DNA of 64,000 bases, from the NCBI GenBank assembly GCA_963813245.1, contig CAWEYE010000005.1, forward strand, positions 114,588 to 178,587, in the 5' to 3' direction. Position numbers and translations under genes: made by a program. Under the pieces are notes generated by a model, which had not been told where the DNA came from, searched no databases, and saw only the letters and a program-made list of their open reading frames with translations. How positions within the stretch are numbered: position 1 is the first letter of the stretch; each line of letters opens with the position of its first letter. This document shows, in pieces, positions 30,018-37,416 of the stretch. The stretch is from an uncultured Actinomycetes bacterium. Its GTDB lineage: Bacteria; Actinomycetota; Thermoleophilia; Gaiellales; JAICJC01.

Positions 30018-30468
30018 CACGCTGATCGACGTCCCCGCCCTGATGGCGATGTCCCAGGCCGAGCTCGACGCGACGTTCCGCGGGAGCCCGGCGGGCGACA
30101 TCCCGGCCGGTGAGGCCGAGGGCACCGTGCTCGTCGCGCCCGGCACCGCGCTGACCGGGATCGCGGCCAAGCTGATCCACCTGCTCGCGTGGAAGGGCAA
30201 GGTGTTCGACGCCGACCGGGGCGAGCTTCGCAACGAGGTGCTCCTGACCGGCATCCACGCCGTCCAGGCCAAGGTGTACAAGGAGGCGAGCTGGTACGAC
30301 GGGCAGGAGTGCATCGTGCTCGACTACTCGCACACGTCGCTCATCGCACACTGGATCCGTGACGAGATGCGCCTGGTCGCCCCGAACCTCTACCTGGGGA
30401 TCGTGTTCTGGGATCACACGAAGCTGATCGACTTCGTGCTGCGGTTCCCGGCCGCCGACGGAGGATGA
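30010..30468 (+). CDS. GXWXG/DUF4334-like small protein
   Basis: LLAWKGKVFD fits the GxWxG motif. WYDGQECIVLDYSHTSLIAHWIRDEMRLVAPNLYLGIVFW resembles the DUF4334 C-terminal pattern. Overlaps both neighbours by a few nt. Confidence 0.5.
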   Translation: MPDTLIDVPALMAMSQAELDATFRGSPAGDIPAGEAEGTVLVAPGTALTGIAAKLIHLLAWKGKVFDADRGELRNEVLLTGIHAVQAKVYKEASWYDGQECIVLDYSHTSLIAHWIRDEMRLVAPNLYLGIVFWDHTKLIDFVLRFPAADGG

Positions 30469-31745
30469 GCGCCGCGCAGACGTGGGCGCCGCAGGTGGCG
30501 GTGACGGTGATCGCAGAGGTGCGGGAGGGGCGCGGGCGAGCGCTCGAGCGGCTGCTGCACTCGATGGGCGACGGCGTCTCGAACGAGCGCGTGATCGCCT
30601 TCGGCGACCTCACGGGCGTGCACTTCGCCAGGCTCGTGCTGGTACCGCCGGTCGATCCGCGCGACGCCTCGACGCTGATCCTGATGAGCGACGTCGACGG
30701 GGCGCAGGACGACCATCTGGCCGAGCTGGCGGAACATCACGGCGAGGGCATGGACGAGGTGTTCACGCACTGCAGCGGGTATCCGCAGGTGCCGTCGAGC
30801 GCCCCGGCGCGGCTCGCCTTTCTCCGTGCCCGGGCGGTGCGCGCCGACACGAGCTACGTCAACCGGCCGGGACGCACCGTCGCCCAGGTGCGCGACGAAG
30901 CCCGGCTGCGCGACGCGATCGAGACCTACCTCGACTCGGCCCGCCCCGAGCTCGAGACCCGCTCGGCCCTGGACGCGCGGGCGCAGGTGCAGGCCTTCGT
31001 CGCGGGCGACCCCGCCCTCGCCTTCGCCGCCACGCCGGCGCCGGAGCCGGAGCTGGGCGAGCGCGTGCGCTCCGCGCTCGACTGCCTGCGGCTGCCGGCG
31101 ACGCTGCTCGTGCTCTCGCCGCTCCTGGTCGTCGCCGCGGGGCCCTGGATCGTGCTGCTGCGCATCCACGAGCGCCACGACCCGGCCCCGGACATCCGCC
31201 CCGACCCGGCCGCCGTCGCGCTGATCGCCGGCCTCGAGGATCACCTCGCGCAGAACTCGTTCACCGCCGTCGGCCGGGTCAAGCCCGGCCCATTCCGGCG
31301 CCTGACCTCGACCGCGCTCCTGTGGGTCGCCGACTGGGCGACGCCGCACCTGTTCGCGCATGCCGACCTGGCCGGGGTGAAGACGATCCACTTCGCCCGC
31401 TGGGTGTTCCTCGACGGAAAGAGCCGCCTGGTCTTCGCGAGCAACTACGACGGCAGCCTCGAGACGTACATGGGCGACTTCATCGACAAGGTGGCGTGGG
31501 GCCTGAACGCGATCTTCTCAAACGGCGTCGGCTATCCGCGCACGAACTGGCTCTTCTGCGACGGCGCCTGGGACGAGGGGGCGTTCAAGCACTACATCCA
31601 TACGCATCAGGTGCCGGTGCACGTGTGGTATTCGGCGTACGGAAACCTCACGAACGCAAACATCGAACAGAACGCCCAGATCCGGACCGGGCTCCACGGC
31701 CGGATGACGGCGACGCAGGCGGAGCGATGGCTCGAGCTGCTGTGA
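30465..31745 (+). CDS. Uncharacterised 426-aa protein with duplicated (V/I)HFAR(L/W)V motif and a central hydrophobic segment
   Basis: GVHFARLVLVPP near the N-terminus and TIHFARWVFLDGKSRLVFASNYDGSLETYMGDFIDKVAWGL near the C-terminus. Hydrophobic LPATLLVLSPLLVVAAGPWIVLL lies between them. Translationally coupled to the DyP gene. Confidence 0.6.
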   Translation: MSAAQTWAPQVAVTVIAEVREGRGRALERLLHSMGDGVSNERVIAFGDLTGVHFARLVLVPPVDPRDASTLILMSDVDGAQDDHLAELAEHHGEGMDEVFTHCSGYPQVPSSAPARLAFLRARAVRADTSYVNRPGRTVAQVRDEARLRDAIETYLDSARPELETRSALDARAQVQAFVAGDPALAFAATPAPEPELGERVRSALDCLRLPATLLVLSPLLVVAAGPWIVLLRIHERHDPAPDIRPDPAAVALIAGLEDHLAQNSFTAVGRVKPGPFRRLTSTALLWVADWATPHLFAHADLAGVKTIHFARWVFLDGKSRLVFASNYDGSLETYMGDFIDKVAWGLNAIFSNGVGYPRTNWLFCDGAWDEGAFKHYIHTHQVPVHVWYSAYGNLTNANIEQNAQIRTGLHGRMTATQAERWLELL

Positions 31746-33151
31746 TCAGGTCCCCTGATACCATCGAGCTGGACGACATCCAGGGGCTCGTGGTGCGCGG
31801 GTATGCGCACCTGCAGGCGGCCCGCTACGTGCTGCTCGGCATCCGCGACGCGGCGGCGGCGCGGCACTTCATCGCCGACACCATCCCGGCGATCACCACC
31901 GCGGCGGCGGCCGGGCCGGGCCGGGCGGTGCACCTCGCGCTCACGGCCGCCGGGCTCGCCCGCCTGGAGCTGCCCCGGGCGGCCCTGGCCGGGTTCCCAC
32001 CGGAGTTCACCGAGGGCATGGTCGCCCCCGCCCGCAGCCGCGTGCTGGGCGACGTCGACGAGAGCGCGCCGGAGGCGTGGGCGTGGGGCGGGCCGGCCAC
32101 GGATGGGATCGACCTGCTGCTGCTCCTGTACGCGCACGACGCCGGGGCGCTCGAGGAGCTCCACCGGCCGATCGAGGCGGCGTACGCGCACGGCGGCGTG
32201 GCCGAGGTGCACCGGCTCGAGACCGAGGCGATCGGAAACCGCGAGCACTTCGGCTTCCGCGACGGCATCTCGCAGCCGATCATCGCGGGCCTCGGCCGCA
32301 CCGGGCCGGCCAAGCACATGGTGCGTGCGGGGGAGTTCGTGCTCGGCTACGCCAACGAGTACGGCCTGCTCACCGACCGCCCGCTCGTGCCCGCAGACGC
32401 CGATCCGCAGGCCGTGCTGCCGGTCGACGCGGCCACCGGCGAGCACGACCTCGGTCGCAACGGCAGCTACCTGGTCGTGCGCCAGATGCAGCAGGACGTG
32501 CCGGGCTTCTGGCGGTTCGTGCGCGAGGCGGCGGGCGCCGGCGACCCGGTCGCGCTGGCGTCCAAGATGGTCGGCCGCTGGCCGAGCGGGGCGCCGCTCG
32601 TCGCCGCCCCCCAAAGCGACGACCCGGCGCACGCGACCGCGAACGAGTTCGGCTACGCGAACATCGATGCGGCCGGCCTGCGCTGCCCGGTCGGCGCCCA
32701 CGTGCGCCGCGCCAACCCGCGCGACTCGCTCGACCCCAACCCTGGAACGGCCGACTCGATCGCGGTCAACCGCCGCCACCGCCTCCTGCGCCGAGGCCGC
32801 AAGTACGGGCCGCCGGCCGACGTCGCCGCGCTGCAGTCCGGGACCGGGACGGATGACACGAGCGATCGCGGTCTGCACTTCATCTGCGTCGGGGCGAACA
32901 TCGCCCGCCAGTTCGAGTTCGTGCAGCGGGCCTGGGTCGGCAGCCCCAAGTTCGCCACGCTCTACGACGACGCCGACCCGCTGATCGGCCGCCACGCGCC
33001 GCTGGGCGGCACGTTCACGATCCCGGCGCAACCGGTGCGGCGGCGTGTGACCGGGCTGCCGCAGTTTGTCACCGTACGCGGCGGCGCATACTTCTTCTTG
33101 CCGAGCATCCGGACGTTACGTTACATCGGTTCGCTGAAGTCGATGATGTAA
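31727..33151 (+). CDS. DyP-type (dye-decolorizing) haem peroxidase
   Basis: DIQGLVVRGY, GXXDG motif FGFRDGISQP, proximal-His region CPVGAHVRRANPRD, RRGRKYG, and C-terminal GGAYFFLPS. Start taken at ATG 31727 inside track ORF 30482..33151. Confidence 0.9.
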   Translation: MARAAVIRSPDTIELDDIQGLVVRGYAHLQAARYVLLGIRDAAAARHFIADTIPAITTAAAAGPGRAVHLALTAAGLARLELPRAALAGFPPEFTEGMVAPARSRVLGDVDESAPEAWAWGGPATDGIDLLLLLYAHDAGALEELHRPIEAAYAHGGVAEVHRLETEAIGNREHFGFRDGISQPIIAGLGRTGPAKHMVRAGEFVLGYANEYGLLTDRPLVPADADPQAVLPVDAATGEHDLGRNGSYLVVRQMQQDVPGFWRFVREAAGAGDPVALASKMVGRWPSGAPLVAAPQSDDPAHATANEFGYANIDAAGLRCPVGAHVRRANPRDSLDPNPGTADSIAVNRRHRLLRRGRKYGPPADVAALQSGTGTDDTSDRGLHFICVGANIARQFEFVQRAWVGSPKFATLYDDADPLIGRHAPLGGTFTIPAQPVRRRVTGLPQFVTVRGGAYFFLPSIRTLRYIGSLKSMM

Positions 33152-33153
33152 CG
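33119..33153. terminator. Hairpin CGTTACAT-N19-ATGTAACG spanning the DyP stop codon, within a GACGTTAC-repeat patch
   Basis: 8-bp arms read directly. GACGTTAC recurs at 33112 and 33161. Sits between convergent genes with a locally low GC. No U-tract, so only a weak terminator candidate. Confidence 0.3.
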
Positions 33154-33164
33154 CGGGCGTGACG

Positions 33165-33542
33165 TTACACGTCGTCCTCGGCGAGGGCGGCGATGCCGAG
33201 GCCGATGGCAACGAGGCCGGCGCCCGAGAGGATCGCCACCGAGCGCACGTCGCCCGGTATGCGCCCCTTGCGAGCGCCGACGAGGGCCGCGAGCATGTCG
33301 GCCGCGTCGCAGACGATGCCCACCCTCCACCACAGGCGGCGGTCGTCGCCCGCGCTCGCGAGCAGGCCGACGCCCAGCGTCGCGTTGCGTACGCCGAAGA
33401 GCCGGGTCGCGTAGGCCGCCTCGGGGTTGCGGCTCGGGTCGAGGCCGAACATCACGAGCGTGAACCGGGGCGCGACCCACGCGGTGGTGCCCAGCGCCAG
33501 CCTGATCCCCACGAGCGTCCGCCCCGGGAACGACCGCACCAC
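33165..33542 (-). CDS. Small membrane protein, DUF4267-like (paralogue 2 of 3)
   Basis: GTG 33542 with GGAGGA 8 nt upstream gives 125 aa. ...AAYATRLFGVRNATLGVGLLASAGDDRRLWWRVGIVCDAADM... Confidence 0.6.
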   Translation of the reverse strand: MVRSFPGRTLVGIRLALGTTAWVAPRFTLVMFGLDPSRNPEAAYATRLFGVRNATLGVGLLASAGDDRRLWWRVGIVCDAADMLAALVGARKGRIPGDVRSVAILSGAGLVAIGLGIAALAEDDV

Positions 33543-33546
33543 GGGT

Positions 33547-33924
33547 CTAATCCTCCTCGGCGGCGAGCGCGGCGGCCCCGAGCGCGGCACCCAGGAGCGG
33601 CGAGGCGACGAGCATGAGCGCCGTGCGGCCGTTGCGCGGGATCCGCCCTGCCCCCGTCTCGATCAGCGCCGCGGCCGCATCCGCCAGATCGCAGGCGATG
33701 CCGACCTTCCACCACGTCCGGCGAGCGGCGCCGGAGCTCGCCACAAGGCCCACGCCGAGCATCGCGTCGCGCACGGCAAAGAGCTGCAGCATGTAGGCGG
33801 CCTGCGGATTTCGGCCCGGGCGCAGCCCGCCGACGCGCAGGGCGGGCACGGGCAGGAGGAACGCGCCGCCGCCGATCAGGAAGCGCCCAGCGACCAGGAG
33901 CTTTGCGGGAGTCGATGCGACCAC
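33547..33924 (-). CDS. Small membrane protein, DUF4267-like (paralogue 3 of 3)
   Basis: GTG 33924 gives 125 aa, the same length as paralogue 2. ...AAYMLQLFAVRDAMLGVGLVASSGAARRTWWKVGIACDLADA... The N-terminal part of the longer track ORF looks like an artefact. Confidence 0.6.
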   Translation of the reverse strand: MVASTPAKLLVAGRFLIGGGAFLLPVPALRVGGLRPGRNPQAAYMLQLFAVRDAMLGVGLVASSGAARRTWWKVGIACDLADAAAALIETGAGRIPRNGRTALMLVASPLLGAALGAAALAAEED

Positions 33925-33955
33925 GGCGAGATGATAACGTCGGCGGCGAGGCACG

Positions 33956-35131
33956 ATGGGCCGCCTGAAACGCACCTTCTGCGATGCCCTGGTCGCGCTC
34001 GCAAACTGCGAGCGGCGGCTCGATCCGTACTTCCGCGACGGCTTCGACCGCGTCGCCCAGCGCCCGCTGGCGGCCGCCACCCAGACGGTGATCGGCTGGA
34101 CGCGGTCGGATCCGAAGGATCTCGAGCCGGCCGAGGAGCGGGCCATCCCCGGCGAGGAGCGGATCACGGCCGAGATCGTCTCCGCCATGTCGGCGTTCCT
34201 GCACGACACCTACCCGCACGGCCATGCCCTGCGAGCCGGGAACACCAAGACCTACGGGGTCGTGCGCGGGGAGCTGCGCGTCCACGCCGACCTCCCGGCG
34301 CGCTACCGGCACGGAGTGTTCCGGCCGGGCCGCCGCTATCCCGTCTGGGTGCGCTTCGGCGGACCCGGTCCGCTGGCGCCGCCTGACCCCAAGGACAACG
34401 GGGTGCTGAGCATCGGCATCAAGCTCATGGGCGTCGAGGGCGAGAAGCTCCTGGACGACGAGCGCTTCACGCAGGACTTCACCGGCATCAGCGCCCCCAC
34501 CTTCACGACCCCGAACGTCGCCGAGAACCTGAAGCTGCAGCGCCAGCTCGTCCAGGGGACACCGGTGTGGTACTTCGTGAACCCGCTCGACTCGCACCTG
34601 CTGGACGGGATCATGCAGGGCCTGTACGCGCGCCTCAACTCGAGCCCGCTCGAGGTCACGTACTGGAGCTGCGTCGCGTATCTGCTCGGGCCGGGCCAGG
34701 CGATGCACTACATCGTGCGGCCGCAGTCGGATGCCCGCAGCCAGATCCCGCGCCCGCCCGGCGCGGACTACCTGCGCGAGGCGATGGCGGCGACGCTCGC
34801 CCGCCGGGAGGTGCGGTTCGACTTCCTGATCCAGCTCCAGGCCGACCCGTGGCGGATGCCGATCGAGAACGCAGCGGTGCGCTGGAGTGAGACGGAGTCC
34901 GTGCCCGAGGCCGTCGCCGAGCTCGTGCTCCCGCCGCAGCGCTTCGACTCGGCGGCGCAGCTGCAGTTTGCCGGCAACCTCGCCTACAACCCGTGGCACA
35001 GCCTGCCCGAGCATCGCCCGCTCGGCAACCAGAACCGTGCCCGGCGCACGATCTACCAGGAGCTCAGCAGGCTGCGCCAGCGCATGGACGGCGAGGCCCA
35101 CATCGAGCCGACGGGAGAGGAGACGTTCTGA
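33956..35131 (+). CDS. Catalase-related haem protein (y4iL / mini-catalase / allene-oxide-synthase-like family)
   Basis: LRAGNTKTYGVVRG aligns to catalase RxxHAKGxG, with Asn96 at the distal-His position. NQNRARRTIYQELSRLR matches the proximal R-x-x-x-Y...R motif (Tyr367). NPWHSLPEHRPLG is typical of the y4iL-like group. Confidence 0.78.
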   Translation: MGRLKRTFCDALVALANCERRLDPYFRDGFDRVAQRPLAAATQTVIGWTRSDPKDLEPAEERAIPGEERITAEIVSAMSAFLHDTYPHGHALRAGNTKTYGVVRGELRVHADLPARYRHGVFRPGRRYPVWVRFGGPGPLAPPDPKDNGVLSIGIKLMGVEGEKLLDDERFTQDFTGISAPTFTTPNVAENLKLQRQLVQGTPVWYFVNPLDSHLLDGIMQGLYARLNSSPLEVTYWSCVAYLLGPGQAMHYIVRPQSDARSQIPRPPGADYLREAMAATLARREVRFDFLIQLQADPWRMPIENAAVRWSETESVPEAVAELVLPPQRFDSAAQLQFAGNLAYNPWHSLPEHRPLGNQNRARRTIYQELSRLRQRMDGEAHIEPTGEETF

Positions 35132-35368
35132 CTAGGCCTGGGCGAGGAGCAGCGACTTGCGCACCTGATCGAGCTCGGTGCGCAGCTCGTCGCCCCCGAG
35201 CCGGCCGTCGATCGCCTCGCCGATCAGAAACTCGATCCTGTACGCGACCCGCGGTGCTTCTAAATTGCTCCAGGTCAGCTCCGCAAGTGCTCCCTGGAGA
35301 GCGTCCAGGTCGTACTCGCGATCGAGGTAGTACCCGAGCATCTCGCTGAGTTCGCGCTCCATCGCCAT
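35132..35368 (-). CDS. Small hypothetical protein (about 78 aa)
   Basis: MAMERELSEMLGYYLDREYDLDALQGALAELTWSNLEAPRVAYRIEFLIGEAIDG... Acidic, helical-looking, non-artefact composition, locally lower GC. No family recognised. Confidence 0.4.
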   Translation of the reverse strand: MAMERELSEMLGYYLDREYDLDALQGALAELTWSNLEAPRVAYRIEFLIGEAIDGRLGGDELRTELDQVRKSLLLAQA

Positions 35369-35372
35369 CACC

Positions 35373-35708
35373 TTGCCCCTTCGCAAAGCCTACGTTAGCC
35401 CAGACGACCTCCGCGACATCTTCGACCGCGGCCGGTACTCGGAGCGCGCCGACGCCGGCGAGCTGATCGAGCGTGAGCTCGTGCGCGGCCGGCCGTCGCT
35501 CTCATCCGCGCACCCGCCGGAGGCGATCAGCCGCCGGGTCGGCTACTACGACGAGGAGGGGCGGGAGCTGGCCGTCGCCCACGAGCTGATCCTCCCCGAC
35601 GGGACGATCGGGGGCAGCGGCCGCCCCGACCCCATGCGGGTGGACGTGGACGGCACGCTCTACATCTCGACCGGGCGGTTCATCACCCGCCGGCCGAGCG
35701 CCGGTTAG
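35373..35708 (+). CDS. Hypothetical protein (111 aa)
   Basis: TTG start. ...[45 protein letters not shown]3 rises after the first ~10 codons. No family recognised with confidence. Confidence 0.4.
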   Translation: MPLRKAYVSPDDLRDIFDRGRYSERADAGELIERELVRGRPSLSSAHPPEAISRRVGYYDEEGRELAVAHELILPDGTIGGSGRPDPMRVDVDGTLYISTGRFITRRPSAG

Positions 35709-36223
35709 GACGCTCGGCGGGCGATGAGGGGATAGCGGCCGGCCGGCATCTCGATCAGGCCCTGCAGCACGAAGGCCTCGCCGATCAGCGTCGCGGCCGA
35801 GATGGCCACCGACAGGTAGATCGCTGCCGGCGAGTAGGTCGTGAGCGCGTGCAGCGAGGTGCTCTGCGCGAACGTGGTCGCGACGACGTTTGCGAGCGCG
35901 AGCGCGGCGACGTCGAACAGGCCGAGCACGGCCAGCGTGGCCAGGTAGGTGACGTGCAGGCCGCGGTACGACGACACGACGAGCTTCACCATGAGCGCCT
36001 GGATGAGCAGCCCCGGCAGGAGCAGCCGTACGAGCGCGTAGGTGACGTGGCGGTGGTCGGCTCCGGCCAGGTTGGCCGGCGTCAGAAGGCCGCCGCCGCC
36101 GACGCTCGTCAGCCGGACGGCCGAGACGAGCGCCACCTCGGCCAGGCGGGCCGCCAGGCCGGTCGCGATCAGGATCACGACCATCGTCGCAACCCCGAAC
36201 ACGGAGACGTGATGTGTTCTCAT
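35705..36223 (-). CDS. Hypothetical integral membrane protein
   Basis: 172 aa with 4-5 hydrophobic helices ([58 protein letters not shown]). Confidence 0.5.
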   Translation of the reverse strand: MRTHHVSVFGVATMVVILIATGLAARLAEVALVSAVRLTSVGGGGLLTPANLAGADHRHVTYALVRLLLPGLLIQALMVKLVVSSYRGLHVTYLATLAVLGLFDVAALALANVVATTFAQSTSLHALTTYSPAAIYLSVAISAATLIGEAFVLQGLIEMPAGRYPLIARRAS

Positions 36224-36283
36224 ACTTCGGTTATCCCCCGGACGGGGGTTGACGTCAAGCGCCGCGTGCTACGGTCGCCGCGG

Positions 36284-37342
36284 ATGGAGATCGGCGTCTA
36301 CACCTTCGCCGAGCTCGCGCCGGACCCCGACACCGGGCGCACGATGTCGGCCGAGCGGCGACTGCGCGAGCTGATCGAGGAGGCCGAGCTGGCCGAGCAG
36401 GCGGGCCTCGAGGTGTTCGGCGTGGGCGAGCACCATCGCGCCGACTTCGCCGTCTCGGCTCCCGCCGTCGCCCTCGCCGCCGTCGGCGAGCACACGGAGC
36501 GCATCCGCCTCACGAGCGCCGTGAGCGTGCTCAGCTCGGATGACCCGGTACGGGTGTTCCAGGCGTTTGCCACGCTCGACCTGCTCACGGGCGGCCGCGC
36601 CGAGATCATGGCGGGCCGGGGGTCGTTCATCGAGTCGTTCCCCCTGTTCGGCTACGACCTGGACGACTACGACGAGCTGTTCGCCGAGAAGCTCGACCTG
36701 CTGCTCGCGCTGCGCGCCTCCGAGCGGGTGACCTGGTCGGGACGACACCGGCCGCCGCTTGACGACCTCGGCGTCTACCCGCGCCCGCTGCAGGATCCGC
36801 TGCCGATCTGGATCGCCGTCGGCGGCACGCCGCAGTCGGTCGTGCGGGCGGGCACGCTCGGGCTGCCGCTCGCCGTCGCCATCATCGGCGGCGCGCCGGC
36901 CCGGTTCGGGCCGCTCGTCGATCTCTACCGCGAGGCCGCCCGCCTGGCCGGGCACGACCGGGCCTCGCTGCCGGTCAGCATCAACTCGCACACCTACGTG
37001 GCCGAGACCTCGCAGCGGGCGGCCGCCGAGTTCTACCCCGGCTACGCCGCCATGATGACGCGGATCGGGCGCGAGCGCGGCTGGCCGGCGATGACACGGG
37101 AGCAGTTCGACGCCCTGCGCGCGCCCGATGGGGCGCTCCTGGTCGGCAGCCCCCAGGAGGTGGTCGAGAAGATCCTGCAGGAGCACGAGATCTTCGGCCA
37201 CGACCGCTTTCTCGCCCAGATGAGCGTCGGCACGATGCCGCACCGAGAGGTGATGCGCGCGCTCGAGCTGCTCGGCGGCGAGGTCGCCCCGGCGGTGCGG
37301 GCGCAGCTCGCCCGGGCAGCGCCGGCTCGGCCCGCGCCGTAG
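36284..37342 (+). CDS. LLM-class (luciferase-like) flavin-dependent oxidoreductase
   Basis: [15 protein letters not shown]...[20 protein letters not shown]...[18 protein letters not shown]...[11 protein letters not shown]. Start taken at ATG 36284 inside track ORF 35849..37342. Confidence 0.88.
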   Translation: MEIGVYTFAELAPDPDTGRTMSAERRLRELIEEAELAEQAGLEVFGVGEHHRADFAVSAPAVALAAVGEHTERIRLTSAVSVLSSDDPVRVFQAFATLDLLTGGRAEIMAGRGSFIESFPLFGYDLDDYDELFAEKLDLLLALRASERVTWSGRHRPPLDDLGVYPRPLQDPLPIWIAVGGTPQSVVRAGTLGLPLAVAIIGGAPARFGPLVDLYREAARLAGHDRASLPVSINSHTYVAETSQRAAAEFYPGYAAMMTRIGRERGWPAMTREQFDALRAPDGALLVGSPQEVVEKILQEHEIFGHDRFLAQMSVGTMPHREVMRALELLGGEVAPAVRAQLARAAPARPAP

Positions 37343-37384
37343 CGGCGCCTTCACTCCCCGGCGGCCCGGCCGATCTTCCGGGAT

Positions 37385-37407
37385 ATCGGTTGCACACGTG
37401 AACCGAT
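37385..37407. promoter_or_regulatory. Inverted repeat ATCGGTT-N9-AACCGAT (CACGTG in the spacer) 10-32 nt upstream of the MshEN-GT2 start
   Basis: 7-bp arms read directly, in an AT-richer patch (gatgcaaatcctATG). Function inferred only. Confidence 0.3.
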
Positions 37408-37416
37408 GCAAATCCT

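Noticed and set aside
27564-30314. 916-aa minus-strand ORF opposite the haem peroxidase gene
   Set aside because: Low-complexity R/G/A/P-rich translation. The + strand frame carries unmistakable alpha-dioxygenase/COX motifs, so the antisense ORF is spurious.
35100-36250. Lower-GC patch considered as a small genomic island or mobile element
   Set aside because: No integrase, transposase, tRNA, direct repeats or inverted terminal repeats are visible. Too little evidence.
36249-36258. 10-bp palindrome TTGACGTCAA between the divergent membrane-protein and LLM oxidoreductase genes
   Set aside because: Could be back-to-back -35 boxes or a CRE-like site. It is short, single-copy and lacks convincing -10 partners at proper spacing. 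Noted only.
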